Below are positions 57,449 through 59,092 of a stretch of DNA of 59,092 bases, piece after piece. The position numbers and the translations under genes were made by a program. The notes under the pieces were generated by a model that had not been told where the DNA came from, did no database searches, and saw nothing but the letters and a program-made list of their open reading frames with translations. How positions within the stretch are numbered: the stretch's first letter is position 1; the number at the start of each line of letters is the position of its first letter. Source of the DNA: Candidatus Dadabacteria bacterium (lineage in GTDB: Bacteria; Desulfobacterota_D; UBA1144; Nemesobacterales; Nemesobacteraceae); NCBI GenBank assembly GCA_007571325.1, contig RKRQ01000072.1, forward strand, positions 1 to 59,092, written 5' to 3'.

Positions 57449-58450
57449 ATGGGTTTTGAACTGGAAAAAAAGGTCGGGCTTGAGGCTGTAACAGAGGCAA
57501 CCAGGATTTGCATGCAGATGGGTGAAAAGCCCGAGTTCCGTGAAACACTTTATAAAACGGATGGTTCTCCGGTAACCATAGCGGATTTTTTCGTCCAAAC
57601 GTTAATAAATGAAAAACTTTCGTCCTCTTTTCCAGAAATTCCCATAGTTGCCGAGGAAAACTCGTTTTCCCTTGAAGGCAGCTGCGGGGAAAAAATCAGA
57701 AACTACCTTGGAGAACTTTTGCCTGGAAGAAACTTAGATGAAATACTCCGTACAATCGACAGAGGAAATCATGCGGGCGGAAGCCATGGAAGGTTTTGGA
57801 CACTTGATCCAATTGACGGAACAAGAGGGTTTCTCGCAAAACGCCAGTATGCAATCGCTCTAGCACTAATTGAATATGGAGAAGTTGTTCTCGGAATCTT
57901 GGGTTGCCCGGAGTTGGGACCAGATGTAAACAACTGCATAGAAAGAGAAAAAGGATTCATATTTTTCGCCGAAAAAGGACTAGGTTCCTACCAATTCGGA
58001 CTTTCAAAAAGTCTTTTGACACGTATTTCCGTATCGAACGTCAAAAAACCCTTAGAATCTACAATGTGCGAATCAGTCGAAGCGCCAGATTCCTCCTATG
58101 AATTCTCGGAGAAAGTTGCCCGGCATCTAGACATAAGAGCAAAACCGGTAAGAATGGACAGCCAGTGTAAATATGCTGTTTTAGCCAGAGGAAATACTTC
58201 CATTTACCTTCGGCTTCCCCCGCGAAAAAACTACAAAGAAAGTATATGGGACCATGCTGCAGGATACATAATTGTCAAGGAGGCCGGAGGAACAGTTACA
58301 GACTCATCCGGGAAAACCCTTGATTTCTCCATGGGTAAAAAGCTTCTTCATAACAAAGGGATCTTAGCAACAAATGGCATTATCCATCAAGAAATTCTCA
58401 AGGCAGTGAGAAAAACCGTAGAAGATAGGTTGTCAGACCAAGATTCATGA
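57449..58450 (+). CDS. 3'(2'),5'-bisphosphate nucleotidase, HAL2/Met22-like
   Basis: K.DGSPVTIADF, FWTLDPIDGTRGF, DSQCKYAVLARG, IWDHAAG. Confidence 0.9.
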   Translation: MGFELEKKVGLEAVTEATRICMQMGEKPEFRETLYKTDGSPVTIADFFVQTLINEKLSSSFPEIPIVAEENSFSLEGSCGEKIRNYLGELLPGRNLDEILRTIDRGNHAGGSHGRFWTLDPIDGTRGFLAKRQYAIALALIEYGEVVLGILGCPELGPDVNNCIEREKGFIFFAEKGLGSYQFGLSKSLLTRISVSNVKKPLESTMCESVEAPDSSYEFSEKVARHLDIRAKPVRMDSQCKYAVLARGNTSIYLRLPPRKNYKESIWDHAAGYIIVKEAGGTVTDSSGKTLDFSMGKKLLHNKGILATNGIIHQEILKAVRKTVEDRLSDQDS

Positions 58451-58755
58451 AAATGAAAAAATTATATTTCATGAATTAAAAGCATTCTGAAAAATCATTC
58501 TTTCGCTTCTGAATATTTAATCGGAACTTCAGGACACGTACCTCGGCCGAGTTCGTGATCAAAGAGTGTAAAGTTACAAGGTTCAGACGCCAGTCTTCAT
58601 CCAGTTAAGTGTCGATACCAGAGTCAAAGCTCTTCAAACGCGATTCCCCCCGCCACCGCCGGCAATCAGGGGTTGGTTTCCACTCCATCGGGGTGTATAT
58701 GAGTCAATAACAAGGACCGTGCATGACTGCGCTGCTTAAAACACTGTCGGTCTCT

Positions 58756-59092
58756 TTAGCTTTTTCCTCGTCTTTTCACCAGTCTTGAGGAAAGAAGCAG
58801 GACGCATAGGAACAGGAGCAAGCCCACAGTGGCAATGCTGCCGTTGCTGCTGTCGCCACCGCCAATGTTACAACCACCGCTGCCTGTGTTGCTTGGATCA
58901 GGATCGGGATCAGGGTCAGGATCGGGATCAGGATCAGGACCGGGGTCAGGATCAGGACCGGGGTCAGGATCGGCGCTTACTATGCCGTTTTCGGTTATGG
59001 AGCCGACCTCTTCCTCGTCCTCATTGTAGAGCTTCGGTTCGACAGTGTCTCCGTTATTGTCTTGGAATCTACCATCCTCATTCACCAGTACA
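58756..59092 (-). CDS. C-terminal part (5'-truncated by the window edge) of a paralog of the 9628-11162 surface protein
   Basis: Frame open to 59092; VLVNEDGRFQDNNGDTVEPKLYNE.., (D/G)P linker, GSGGCNIG..IATVGLLLFLCVLLL..KRRGKS. Confidence 0.9.
   Translation of the reverse strand, partial: VLVNEDGRFQDNNGDTVEPKLYNEDEEEVGSITENGIVSADPDPGPDPDPGPDPDPDPDPDPDPDPSNTGSGGCNIGGGDSSNGSIATVGLLLFLCVLLLSSRLVKRRGKS
58895..58972 (-). repeat. 13 x 6-nt tandem repeat encoding (D/G)P linker
   Basis: Units GGATCA/GGATCG/GGGTCA/GGACCG; exact 18-nt duplication at 58931-58948 and 58949-58966. Confidence 0.95.
58976..59092 (-). repeat. dispersed inverted repeat copy B (partner 10868-10984; may extend beyond the window)
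   Basis: 114/117 identical to 10868-10984 in reverse complement. Confidence 0.95.

Noticed and set aside
58895-58972. CRISPR array
   Set aside because: 6-nt in-frame coding microsatellite without spacers; no cas genes. No CRISPR-like array was seen anywhere in the window

Overview
A 59-kb bacterial chromosomal segment, mostly housekeeping. Gene content and style suggest a Desulfobacterota/'Deltaproteobacteria'-like organism, possibly Ca. Dadabacteria; this is inference, not tested. Core genes: an acyl-CoA ligase, tadA, the rpmH-rnpA-yidD-yidC-jag cluster, a Na+-pumping oadGAB decarboxylase, tkt/pgi/rpiA, a pterin cluster, pepF, a nitrite/sulfite reductase, a JAB-DinG helicase, rnr, amtB plus a porin under a sigma54 promoter, fmt, prfB (programmed +1 frameshift), nadK, aroC, queA, argG, rluD, pyrF, ispH, a beta-PGM/GH65/HAL2 cluster and three tRNAs (Ser-CGA, Phe-GAA, Glu-CTC). 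The most unusual elements are: (1) two inverted paralogs, about 48 kb apart, of a surface-protein family with an autotransporter-like beta-helix passenger but a GGC-TM-basic (CTERM) anchor instead of a beta-barrel; they share a 97%-identical module, a hypervariable Pro-rich linker and a homologous non-coding 3' flank; (2) an intact RAYT-type HUH transposase that has lost both its HUH first His and its catalytic Tyr; (3) a FolK-HPRT fusion; (4) a hicB-hicA-like module next to tRNA-Ser whose toxin is doubly frameshifted; (5) an XRE / kinase-less sensor / lipoprotein / orphan pilM operon. All protein calls are by motif recognition only; no database search was run.
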